Shown here: one piece after another, positions 1 through 7,742 of the stretch | How the letters are laid out: every line of letters starts with the position of its first letter | How positions within the stretch are numbered: the stretch's first letter is position 1 | From: an uncultured Chryseobacterium sp. | GTDB lineage: Bacteria; Bacteroidota; Bacteroidia; UBA10329 | Assembly: GCA_964500205.1 (NCBI GenBank) | Contig: CAZCNS010000016.1 | Location: 6,665-38,664, forward strand | Length of the DNA stretch: 32,000 bases | Reading direction: 5' to 3' | Program-made: the position numbers and the translations under genes | The notes under the pieces: model-generated | The model's database searches: none | Told to the model about the DNA's origin: nothing | The model's input: the letters and a program-made list of their open reading frames with translations, nothing else

Positions 1-1
1 G

Positions 2-898
2 CTGTGCAACAGTTTTTCGGGGGAGATAAGGGTGTATGTGAACGGCTCGGTGGTGAGTTCATGGACAGACCCCAACCCCCTGACCACGGGCAACAGCATC
101 TCCTTGCGCAGTGCGGGCTGTACGGCCGAGTATGACGACATCCGTGTGTACAAGAACCGCATCGCTGCACAGTATCTGAACATCGGCACGGTAAACGACC
201 CCGTGCGCTATCAGAATCCGAACCCCTCCACCCCTTCATGCGAGATCCGGAGCATCATCTTCGACAACGCAGGCAATATGAGCGCGGAGGATGTCCGTCA
301 GGTGAATATCGACTGGACCCCGCCCTCGGTGCCAGCTTTCGTGCATGATGGCACGGGCGAGGACATCGACCTCACCGCATCGCTCACCGAGCTGTCGGCC
401 AACTGGGGCGGATCCACAGACCAGCATTCGGGGCTGGCACGCTACGAGTGGAGCATCGGCACGGCTGCGGGCCTTACGGACGTGACAGGCTGGACGGACA
501 ACTCCACCGCCACCGCAGTGACGGCCAGCGGGCTCCCGCTCACACCGGGGCAGTGGTACTATTTCAACATCCGCGCTGATAACGGGGCTGGACTGACCTC
601 CGCCCCCGAGAGCAGCAACGGGCAACTGGTGGATTTCGCCACTTCCGCTTTTCTCCCCGACAACGGTTCGTTGAACATTTTCCCCAACCCCACCACGGGC
701 ATCGTCTTCCTTCCGAATGCGAACGGCTCCATGCTGGAAGTGCTGGATGCCAGAGGGCGGAGAGTGGCTATGAGGGTGCTGACATCCGAGAGCGTTGACC
801 TGCGGGGCATGGGGGTTGCGGATGGCATGTATCTTTTGAGAATTTCAGATGGAAATAGAAAAGCAGGAACAGCGCGGGTGATTCTCACCCATCCATGA
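2..898 (+). CDS. Secreted T9SS cargo protein, 5'-truncated at the window edge (LamG/lectin-like end, FN3-like middle, T9SS C-terminal sorting domain)
   Basis: The frame is open from nt 2, with no stop before the ATG at 32, so the gene starts upstream of the window. The C-terminus FPNPTTGIVFLPNANGSMLEVLDARGRRV...YLLRISDGNRKAGTARVILTHP fits the Por/T9SS CTD pattern. YEWSIGTAAGLTDVTGWTD...YYFNIRADNGAGL looks like an FN3/Ig-like module. Confidence 0.75.
   Translation: MCNSFSGEIRVYVNGSVVSSWTDPNPLTTGNSISLRSAGCTAEYDDIRVYKNRIAAQYLNIGTVNDPVRYQNPNPSTPSCEIRSIIFDNAGNMSAEDVRQVNIDWTPPSVPAFVHDGTGEDIDLTASLTELSANWGGSTDQHSGLARYEWSIGTAAGLTDVTGWTDNSTATAVTASGLPLTPGQWYYFNIRADNGAGLTSAPESSNGQLVDFATSAFLPDNGSLNIFPNPTTGIVFLPNANGSMLEVLDARGRRVAMRVLTSESVDLRGMGVADGMYLLRISDGNRKAGTARVILTHP
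683..752 (+). repeat. Copy 1 of a 70-nt near-identical segment (1 mismatch) that encodes the start of the T9SS CTD
   Basis: cccaaccccaccacgggcatcgtcttcct[t/c]ccgaatgcgaacggctccatgctggaagtgctggatgcca occurs at 683-752 and at 2403-2472. The only difference is position 712 (t) versus 2432 (c). Confidence 0.9.
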
Positions 899-919
899 AC
901 CCCGAAAAACCATAAGGCC

Positions 920-1369
920 ATGAGAAGGGACTTGCTCAGAATGATAATTCCTGTTGTGTGGGGATTCCTGCTTCCGACCATCAGTTTCGGTCAGACCGTG
1001 ATTGACAGGATGCATCAGCACACGGATATCGTGCATTATGATGAGGTCTTTCCATTGGGTGAGGATGCGTGGCTATTTGCAGGTCGTGGCAATATTCACG
1101 GAGGTCAACCTTCGGCCAGATATTTCCTGAATGCACGAACGGATGATGGGGAACTGCTCTGGGAATTCATGCACCACCTCGCATCAGCGTCAGATATGTG
1201 GAATCTTCCCGGTCCTGTTCGTCACAGGCATTTCACCGCACTTCCTGACAATGGGGTACTGCTTATCGGTGCTTGGGATTGTGATGTGATTATGGAAGAA
1301 ACCCACCTGACAAGGGTTGATGCACTTGGGAACGAACTGTGGCATCTTCCCTTTCACCTCATGGGGTGA
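920..1369 (+). CDS. Signal-peptide-bearing N-terminal fragment of a repeat (beta-propeller-like) secreted protein, probably the 5' half of a frameshifted T9SS cargo gene
   Basis: It has an N-terminal signal peptide, MRRDLLRMIIPVVWGFLLPTISFGQ. The motif LTRVDALGNELWHLPF resembles the 'xDxxGnxlW' repeats of Bacteroidota secreted proteins. The ORF stops at TGA 1367-1369 while the frame +1 relative to it continues. Confidence 0.6.
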   Translation: MRRDLLRMIIPVVWGFLLPTISFGQTVIDRMHQHTDIVHYDEVFPLGEDAWLFAGRGNIHGGQPSARYFLNARTDDGELLWEFMHHLASASDMWNLPGPVRHRHFTALPDNGVLLIGAWDCDVIMEETHLTRVDALGNELWHLPFHLMG

Positions 1370-2615
1370 AAATGCCACAACGCCTTACGATAAGGTGGCT
1401 GACGGATTGGGCCTGAACCATGCGATCGCCTCACAGGACAGTATTCTCACATTGAACGATGAGGGTGAGATTCTGCACCGCTGGCCTGCACCGTCCCAGC
1501 CCGTCCACTGCATGAGGTGGGAGAACGACACCACTTTGCTCGTGGGTGCGGGAAACGGAATCTTCCGAATCCATATGGACGGCACAATTCTGATTTCAGT
1601 GAGCCTTGACAACACGGAGTACATCCAGGATTTCCGAAGGGAAGGAGAAAGAGTACTTGCACTGACACCCTCGCAGATAGCGGTGCTTTCGGACGGATTG
1701 GAGTTCTCCCATTGGATTCCGACACCCGCTGAGACATACGGTTTCGTTGATGCCGATGACGAGGTGTGGCTGTCTGCAGGCGGTGCGCTTCATGGGATTG
1801 ATGAAAATGGGTTGACGCAGCTTCTCGAAACCGGCAAGGAAGCCATGGCTTACAAAGACGGCCTTGTGATGACCGCCAGTTCCGTAGGGCATCATGGCCG
1901 GTCAGGAGGAAGGATGAAAAGCTACCTGATGGACGGCATCACCGTGAGCCATGAGGATGATGTGGAACTGCTCGCCACAGTGGACTCCACATCAGTGACA
2001 AGTCACTCCTCTTCGCCACCATACGGCCCGTTTTACACCTTCTATGCACATTCAACCGTGAGGGTGGTCAATCATTCGGAGAGCACCCTTGACAAGGTAC
2101 TACTTTCATTCTTCGCAGAATACTCCATGGCACTTTGCGGGATTCCCGGACAGACCATTGTTGCAGAAAATCTGAACCTTGCCCCCGGTGACACGGCAAC
2201 GGTACCATTTCAAGACCTGTACACATTGTACACACCGTTCACTGGCGACAGCATCCTCACAGTCGAACTCTGCCTCGTGGCCGTCAGCCCCAACGACCAC
2301 TTGGACATTTTCCCCGATGACAACCAGTGGTGCGGGGAAGTTACCTTCACCGTGCCTGTTGGAATCGAGGAGGCAGATGCCCCGCAAAAGCTGAAAGTCT
2401 ATCCCAACCCCACCACGGGCATCGTCTTCCTCCCGAATGCGAACGGCTCCATGCTGGAAGTGCTGGATGCCACAGGACGTAGAATCGCTCTTTCCCAACT
2501 CACCTCAGACAGGGTTGACCTGCGGGGGATGGGGGTTTCGGAGGGGGTGTATGTTCTCCGTGTCTCCGATCATTCGCGATCCTCAGCACTGCGGGTCATC
2601 CTGACCCAACCTTGA
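1317..2615 (+). CDS. T9SS C-terminal-domain protein lacking its own signal peptide, probably the 3' part of the frameshifted gene that starts at 920
   Basis: This frame opens only at 1311, after the stop TGA at 1308-1310. The listed start is TTG 1317, followed by ATG 1320. No signal peptide is present (MMHLGTNCGIFPFTSWGEN). The C-terminus YPNPTTGIVFLPNANGSMLEVLDATGRRI...VYVLRVSDHSRSSALRVILTQP is a T9SS CTD. Confidence 0.6.
   Translation: MMHLGTNCGIFPFTSWGENATTPYDKVADGLGLNHAIASQDSILTLNDEGEILHRWPAPSQPVHCMRWENDTTLLVGAGNGIFRIHMDGTILISVSLDNTEYIQDFRREGERVLALTPSQIAVLSDGLEFSHWIPTPAETYGFVDADDEVWLSAGGALHGIDENGLTQLLETGKEAMAYKDGLVMTASSVGHHGRSGGRMKSYLMDGITVSHEDDVELLATVDSTSVTSHSSSPPYGPFYTFYAHSTVRVVNHSESTLDKVLLSFFAEYSMALCGIPGQTIVAENLNLAPGDTATVPFQDLYTLYTPFTGDSILTVELCLVAVSPNDHLDIFPDDNQWCGEVTFTVPVGIEEADAPQKLKVYPNPTTGIVFLPNANGSMLEVLDATGRRIALSQLTSDRVDLRGMGVSEGVYVLRVSDHSRSSALRVILTQP
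2403..2472 (+). repeat. Copy 2 of the 70-nt CTD-encoding repeat
   Basis: Same comparison as for 683-752. A second shared block, gttgacctgcgggg, lies at 794-807 and 2514-2527. Confidence 0.9.
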
Positions 2616-2636
2616 AGCCATGGTTATCTTTACACC

Positions 2637-3185
2637 GTGAAGGCTTTGAACTACATACCCCTCTACACCTACGAGGACTACCGCCAGTGGGAGGGTGAGT
2701 GGGAGCTTATCGGTGGGCATCCCCATGCGATGAGTCCTTCACCCAAGAGGAAGCATCAGTATTTCAGCGGGGAACTGACCTTCAGCCTCAAGGAATACCT
2801 CAAAAGGCTGATGGACAGCTGTGGCAGTTGCAGGGTCTATCAGGACCTGGACTGGATTGTGGACGACAGCACCGTTGTGCGACCCGACATCATGGTGGTC
2901 TGCGGTGAGTTCAAAGATGATTTCCTGCAATCCCCGCCCGCACTCATCGTGGAGATCCTCAGTCCAAGCACGGCACTGAAGGACAAGAACATCAAGTACA
3001 ACCTCTACGAGGCGCAGGGTGTGCGCTACTACCTGCTCGTAGAACCCGACTCCCGCTCGGTGCAGATCCTAGAGCTTGTTGACGGTGCGTATGCCGAGAA
3101 CAACAGTTTGTCGGAGTTCCGGCTCACCGATGGCTGCGTCATCCCGTGGAAGGTTCAGGAGGTGCTCTCCTCCATCGAGGACTGA
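2637..3185 (+). CDS. Uma2-family (DUF820) PD-(D/E)XK-like endonuclease
   Basis: GTG start at 2637. YTYEDYRQWEG.WELIGG...RPDIMVVCG...PPALIVEILSPST..KDKN.KYNLYEAQGVRYYLLVEP matches the Uma2 pattern (D...E-[IV]-x-S-x-S...K...Y...GV.EYW). Confidence 0.8.
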   Translation: MKALNYIPLYTYEDYRQWEGEWELIGGHPHAMSPSPKRKHQYFSGELTFSLKEYLKRLMDSCGSCRVYQDLDWIVDDSTVVRPDIMVVCGEFKDDFLQSPPALIVEILSPSTALKDKNIKYNLYEAQGVRYYLLVEPDSRSVQILELVDGAYAENNSLSEFRLTDGCVIPWKVQEVLSSIED

Positions 3186-3192
3186 GCCCCGC

Positions 3193-4467
3193 TCAACTGC
3201 TGCGGTAGATCAGGCAGGAGAAATCCTGCTCATTCAGCATCTCGTTGGCGATACGAAGCAGTTCCGAGGAAGTGATAGCCTCGATGCGCTGTGCCGTCTC
3301 GGCCAGGGTGTGGATACGGTCGAAGAGCAGGATGCTACGCCCGAAGCCCAACATCTGACTGGCGTTGTGCTCCTCAGCGATGGCCACCTGACCGAGCAAC
3401 TGCTGCTTCGCCTTGTGCAGTTGCAGTGAACCGAGGGCAGTGTCGCGCATCTGTTTCAGCTCGCGTTTCACCAGCTTCATGCATTTCTCCAGATACTGTG
3501 CGTCCGTGCCGAAATAGATGGAGAACATCCCCGTGTCGGAGAACGTGGAATACCCCGATTCCACGCTGTAGGTATAGCCGTGCTTCTCGCGCAGCGACAT
3601 GTTGAGCCGCGCGTTGAGGCCCGGCCCACCGAGGATGTTGCTGAGCATGTACAGCCCGATGCGGTCCTCGTGGTCGGCAGCGTAGGCAATGTTGCCCATC
3701 AACACGTGCTCCTGAAAGTTGCTGCGGGTCTCGGTGCGAGTCTGCGGACGGTAACCGCTGAAAGGTATGCGCTGGTCCGTGCCACTGGATGGCGGCACGA
3801 GGCCGAAAGTCCGCTCCACCATGCGTTGCAGCTTACGGATGTCAATCCTCCCCACCGAACTCAGCACCATGCGGTCGGTGTGATAGCCGCGGCTGATGAA
3901 CTCCCGCACCGATCCGGCCGTGAAGCTGCGCACGCTCTCAGGCGTGCCGAGGCTGTTGCGCCCGATGGGGTCATCATTGAAAAGCAGCTCCTCGAACTCA
4001 TCGAAGATCATGTCCGAGGGCGAGTCGAGGTACGAGTTGATCTCATCTATGATGACGGCCTTCTCCTTCTCCAGCTCCTTAGGCGGAAAGGTGGAGTTGA
4101 ACGCGATGTCGTGAAAAAGCTCAATGGAGCGGTCGTAATGCGGGCTCAGGAACGAGGCATGGATAACGGTCTCCTCCTTGGTGGTGTAGGCGTTGAGCTC
4201 ACCGCCCACGTCCTCCAGGCGGCTCAGGATGTGGTATGCCTTACGATGAGTCGTACCCTTGAAGATGGTGTGCTCGATGAAATGCGCGAGGCCGTGCTCA
4301 TGCAGCAGTTCATCGCGCGAGCCGACATTGATGAAGAACCCGAGGTGCGCCACGGGCGAGTCCACCTGCTTTTGCACACAGCGGATGCCGTTGGGCAATG
4401 TCCACCTGATCAACCCCTCCTCGTCTGTCATGGGCGGCAAAGGTACTTCTGCACCGATGCGGTTCAT
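3193..4467 (-). CDS. M16-family (pitrilysin/insulinase-like) zinc peptidase
   Basis: It has the inverted zinc motif HxxEH (HFIEHTIFKGT), the downstream LNAYTTKEETV glutamate region, and a length of about 420 aa. Its ATG overlaps the stop of the upstream gene as ATGA (4464-4467). An alternative start is Met13 at 4431. Confidence 0.85.
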   Translation of the reverse strand: MNRIGAEVPLPPMTDEEGLIRWTLPNGIRCVQKQVDSPVAHLGFFINVGSRDELLHEHGLAHFIEHTIFKGTTHRKAYHILSRLEDVGGELNAYTTKEETVIHASFLSPHYDRSIELFHDIAFNSTFPPKELEKEKAVIIDEINSYLDSPSDMIFDEFEELLFNDDPIGRNSLGTPESVRSFTAGSVREFISRGYHTDRMVLSSVGRIDIRKLQRMVERTFGLVPPSSGTDQRIPFSGYRPQTRTETRSNFQEHVLMGNIAYAADHEDRIGLYMLSNILGGPGLNARLNMSLREKHGYTYSVESGYSTFSDTGMFSIYFGTDAQYLEKCMKLVKRELKQMRDTALGSLQLHKAKQQLLGQVAIAEEHNASQMLGFGRSILLFDRIHTLAETAQRIEAITSSELLRIANEMLNEQDFSCLIYRSS

Positions 4468-5615
4468 GGTGTGATGAAATCGAGATAGTTCTCCAAGGTG
4501 ATGACCTCAAAAGTGGTATCGGGGTAAGCCCTCTTCCAACCTCCGGGGACACGTGCCGTCTTCTTGTCCGACCACTTGAACTCGAATGCCCGCAGCTCCG
4601 TGCCCTCCTCCTCCACCAGGTCGAGTTCCTGCTGGTCGTAGGTGCGCCAGAAGTAGCGGTTCACATATCTGCGACTGTAGGAAAGGTATTTCATGCGCTC
4701 GGCCATGAGGTAGTTCTCCCACAGCTCGCCCCTGTCCATGCGCATGTCCAGACGGTTGAAATTGCCGATGATGGCGTTGCGGATGCCGTTATCATAGAAA
4801 TACCAGCGGCCCGTCTTGGTCACCTCCTTGCGCAGGTTGCGGCTGAAACCGCGGACATTGTAAATGACGAACACCTTGGACAGCAGGTCGAGGTAGGTCT
4901 CCACCGTATTTCGGCTGATGCCCTTGAGGCCGTTTGCCAGCTCATCGAGGCTGACCTCCTTCCCTATCTGGAATGCGATGAGCCGTAGCAGGTCCATCAG
5001 CTTGTCAGACCGCCTCACCCCGTCATACTCCAGCAGGTCGCGGAGCAGATAGGCATCGACCACCTCGCGCAGATAGTCTTCCTTATCATGCCAATCGGGG
5101 TACTGCCCCAGTTCGGGATAACTGCCGAAGATGAGCCGTTCCTCCCTGCGTTCCAAGGTCTCCGGATAGCTCTCCAGGGTGCTGAACTCCATCTGTGCCA
5201 ATGGGAAAAGATGCAGTGTGTTGGAGCGGCCCACCAGCGGCTCTCCGAGCCTGTTGCTGAGATCGAACATGGAGGAGCCGGTGGCTATGACGGCCACGTC
5301 CTTCATGTGGTCCACGATGAGCTTGAGTTTCAGCCCGGCCTCCGGTATGTGCTGCGCCTCATCGATCACCAGCAGCTTGCGGTCGCCCATCAGCCGCTTG
5401 TAGCCCGCCACCGAACGCTCGGCCAGCAGATCGACCGTCTGCTGCTCCTCACCATTGAGGAACAGGTAGGTGGACGGGTCGCGGTCGCGGAGATAGCGGG
5501 CGATCAGCTCGGACTTGCCGACCCGTCTGGCCCCCAGCAGGATGAGCACTTTGCCCGGCCGCACCTTGTCCAAAAAGCGGTGGAGCAATGCCCTCGGGAT
5601 GTGGGTCGTTTCCAT
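4464..5615 (-). CDS. AAA-type ATPase with a C-terminal DUF4143 (PD-(D/E)XK-like) domain, COG1373-like
   Basis: Walker A is LGARRVGKS and Walker B is LLVIDEAQHIP. The C-terminal ELDLVEEEGTELRAFEFKWS resembles a D...E-x-K nuclease core. The architecture is typical of DUF4143 ATPases. Confidence 0.8.
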   Translation of the reverse strand: METTHIPRALLHRFLDKVRPGKVLILLGARRVGKSELIARYLRDRDPSTYLFLNGEEQQTVDLLAERSVAGYKRLMGDRKLLVIDEAQHIPEAGLKLKLIVDHMKDVAVIATGSSMFDLSNRLGEPLVGRSNTLHLFPLAQMEFSTLESYPETLERREERLIFGSYPELGQYPDWHDKEDYLREVVDAYLLRDLLEYDGVRRSDKLMDLLRLIAFQIGKEVSLDELANGLKGISRNTVETYLDLLSKVFVIYNVRGFSRNLRKEVTKTGRWYFYDNGIRNAIIGNFNRLDMRMDRGELWENYLMAERMKYLSYSRRYVNRYFWRTYDQQELDLVEEEGTELRAFEFKWSDKKTARVPGGWKRAYPDTTFEVITLENYLDFITP

Positions 5616-5643
5616 GCGCGTCTTCCTTTTACTGACGCAAATA

Positions 5644-5723
5644 ACGTGAATTGCTTCAATACATTGAAAGTATTTTCGTTAATTCCTTCAACACAATGAA
5701 TAATTTCACGTTAATTCCTTCAA
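5644..5723. promoter_or_regulatory. Three 16-nt boxes ACGT[GT]AATT[GC]CTTCAA on an exact 32-bp period in the AT-rich spacer upstream of the DUF4143 ATPase gene
   Basis: The copies are at 5644-5659 (acgtgaattgcttcaa), 5676-5691 (tcgttaattccttcaa) and 5708-5723 (acgttaattccttcaa). Copies 2 and 3 share 15 identical nt. A small palindrome, ttcaat-ac-attgaa, lies at 5655-5668. Confidence 0.55.
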
Positions 5724-5735
5724 AATAAAGGTGAG

Positions 5736-7682
5736 TCAAGCCTCCACTCCCTCCGCCTCCACCCAGTCGCCATGCTGGCGGATGAGTTCGATGAGCTCGT
5801 CCAACGCGTGTTCGGATGGGATACTCTTCTTCACCACCTCGCGGCCTTTGTAGAGGGTGATCTTTCCCTTGCCCACGCCCACGTAGCCGTAGTCGGCATC
5901 GGCCATCTCGCCCGGCCCGTTCACGATGCAGCCCATAATGCCGATCTTGATACCCTTGAGGTGCTGGGTGCGGCTGCGGATCATTGCGGTGGTCTCCTGC
6001 AGGTCGAAGAGGGTGCGGCCACAACTCGGGCAGCTGATATACTCCGTCTTGGAGATGCGCACCCGTGCCGCCTGAAGGATGCCGAAGGCGGTGCTGTTCA
6101 CCATTCGGTCACCACCACAGTTTTCCGTGCTGATGAACACCCCGTCACCCAGACCATCAACCAAAAGCCCCCCCATATCAGTGGCACTGTAAAGTTGCAG
6201 TCTGTCCTCGGTCAGGTTCTCGTAGTAGCGGCCAATGATGACAGGCACATCGCAGCCTTCCTCCAAAAGCTTGAAAAAGAGCCTGCGCTGCTCCGCCATA
6301 CCGTGCGGATGCCATGTGTCGATGAGAAGCACGGCCGTGGGGTCGCCTTTCAGCTTCGCGATGAGGTCATCTGTCAGGTCTGCCAGCGTGCAACACACCA
6401 AGTTCAGTTGCGGATGGAGTTCGGCTTCAGTGAGGTATTCCTGAGGCTGAAGGTGCGGATACCTGCGCGGACGGTTAGCTTCCTTGCGCCATGTCTTCAG
6501 GTCATGGAAAAGGCCGAGCGTGCCGGGAATCTCGAAATCCGCCACGCGGTCGCCCAGATAGATGTAATCGCAGGCCTGATCGGTGAGGTTCCACTTATCG
6601 AGTGGCACCGAATAGTTGTAGCCCAGTGCAAAGAACGATGCGGGGGTGATGCGTTCACGTCCGCTGAGGTCTGCCATCACGCGGGGCACATTGCCCCCAC
6701 CGATGTTCAGCACCTCCCTGGATTGTCTTTTTGAGTAATCGAACGGGTTGATGAGCAACTTGTCGGTTGGTGGGATGGGGTTCCCTCCCACTCGGCTCGC
6801 ATTGTAGCGGTCCACAAGGGCCCGTGCCACGGGGATCTCGAACTCGGGGTCCTCGGTAAGGCTCACACGCACGGTGTCACCCAGCCCATCCTCCAGCAGC
6901 GTGCCGATGCCCACCGCAGATTTGATACGACCGTCCTCGCCCTCGCCCGCCTCGGTGACCCCGAGGTGCAGCGGATAATCCATCCCCTCGGCCATCATTT
7001 TGGAGACCAGCAACCGATACGCCTGCACCATCACCTGCGTGCTGCTCGATTTCATGGAAAGCACGATCTCATGGAAATCCTCCTCGCGGCAGATGCGGAG
7101 AAACTCCAGCGCGCTCTCCACCATGCCGAGGGCAGTATCACCATAGCGGCTCATGATGCGGTCGGAGAGAGAGCCGTGGTTGGTGCCTATGCGCATAGCG
7201 GTGCCGTGCTGCTTGCACAGTTTCACCAAAGGCAGGAAACGCTCTCGGATACGCTCCAGCTCCAAGGCGTAGGAAGCATCGGTATATTCTATCTCCTCGA
7301 ATTTCTTGCGGTCTGCGTAATTGCCCGGGTTCACACGCACCTTTTCCACGATGCGGGCAGCGACCTCTGCGGCATTGGGCGTGAAATGGATATCGGCACA
7401 GATGGGCGTGTCGTAGCCCCGCTTGAGCAGCTCGGCCTTGATGTTGGCAAGGTTCTGCGCCTCCTTGATGCTGGGCGCGGTGATCCGCACCAGCTCGCAA
7501 CCGGCCTCTATCATGCGGATGCTCTGCGCCACGGTGGCCTCGGTGTCCATCGTGTCGGTCGTGGTCATGCTCTGCACCCGGATGGGATTACCGCCACCCA
7601 TCTTCAATCCACCGATGCTCACCTCACGGGTCTTGAAGCGGCTATACTCGAAAAGGCTGTTGCAGTAGGGGGAAAACGACAT
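5736..7682 (-). CDS. ispG: 4-hydroxy-3-methylbut-2-enyl diphosphate synthase (flavodoxin), long form with an inserted domain
   Basis: IGGLKMGGGNPIRVQSMTTTDT is present at the N-terminus. The C-terminal 4Fe-4S motifs are CPSCGRT...GCIVNGPGE. I chose the start ATG at 7682 (MSFSPY...) because a TAnnTTTG box at 7703-7710 lies inside the 7724 extension. Confidence 0.93.
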   Translation of the reverse strand: MSFSPYCNSLFEYSRFKTREVSIGGLKMGGGNPIRVQSMTTTDTMDTEATVAQSIRMIEAGCELVRITAPSIKEAQNLANIKAELLKRGYDTPICADIHFTPNAAEVAARIVEKVRVNPGNYADRKKFEEIEYTDASYALELERIRERFLPLVKLCKQHGTAMRIGTNHGSLSDRIMSRYGDTALGMVESALEFLRICREEDFHEIVLSMKSSSTQVMVQAYRLLVSKMMAEGMDYPLHLGVTEAGEGEDGRIKSAVGIGTLLEDGLGDTVRVSLTEDPEFEIPVARALVDRYNASRVGGNPIPPTDKLLINPFDYSKRQSREVLNIGGGNVPRVMADLSGRERITPASFFALGYNYSVPLDKWNLTDQACDYIYLGDRVADFEIPGTLGLFHDLKTWRKEANRPRRYPHLQPQEYLTEAELHPQLNLVCCTLADLTDDLIAKLKGDPTAVLLIDTWHPHGMAEQRRLFFKLLEEGCDVPVIIGRYYENLTEDRLQLYSATDMGGLLVDGLGDGVFISTENCGGDRMVNSTAFGILQAARVRISKTEYISCPSCGRTLFDLQETTAMIRSRTQHLKGIKIGIMGCIVNGPGEMADADYGYVGVGKGKITLYKGREVVKKSIPSEHALDELIELIRQHGDWVEAEGVEA

Positions 7683-7702
7683 TGGTTGAGAGATGGTCCG
7701 GG

Positions 7703-7710
7703 CAAAGGTA
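7703..7710 (-). promoter_or_regulatory. Bacteroidota-type -7 promoter box (TACCTTTG) for ispG
   Basis: The minus strand reads tacctttg, a match to TAnnTTTG, 20 nt upstream of ATG 7682. Confidence 0.45.
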
Positions 7711-7742
7711 ATCTGCCACAACACCCGACCGGTTCATTTGGT

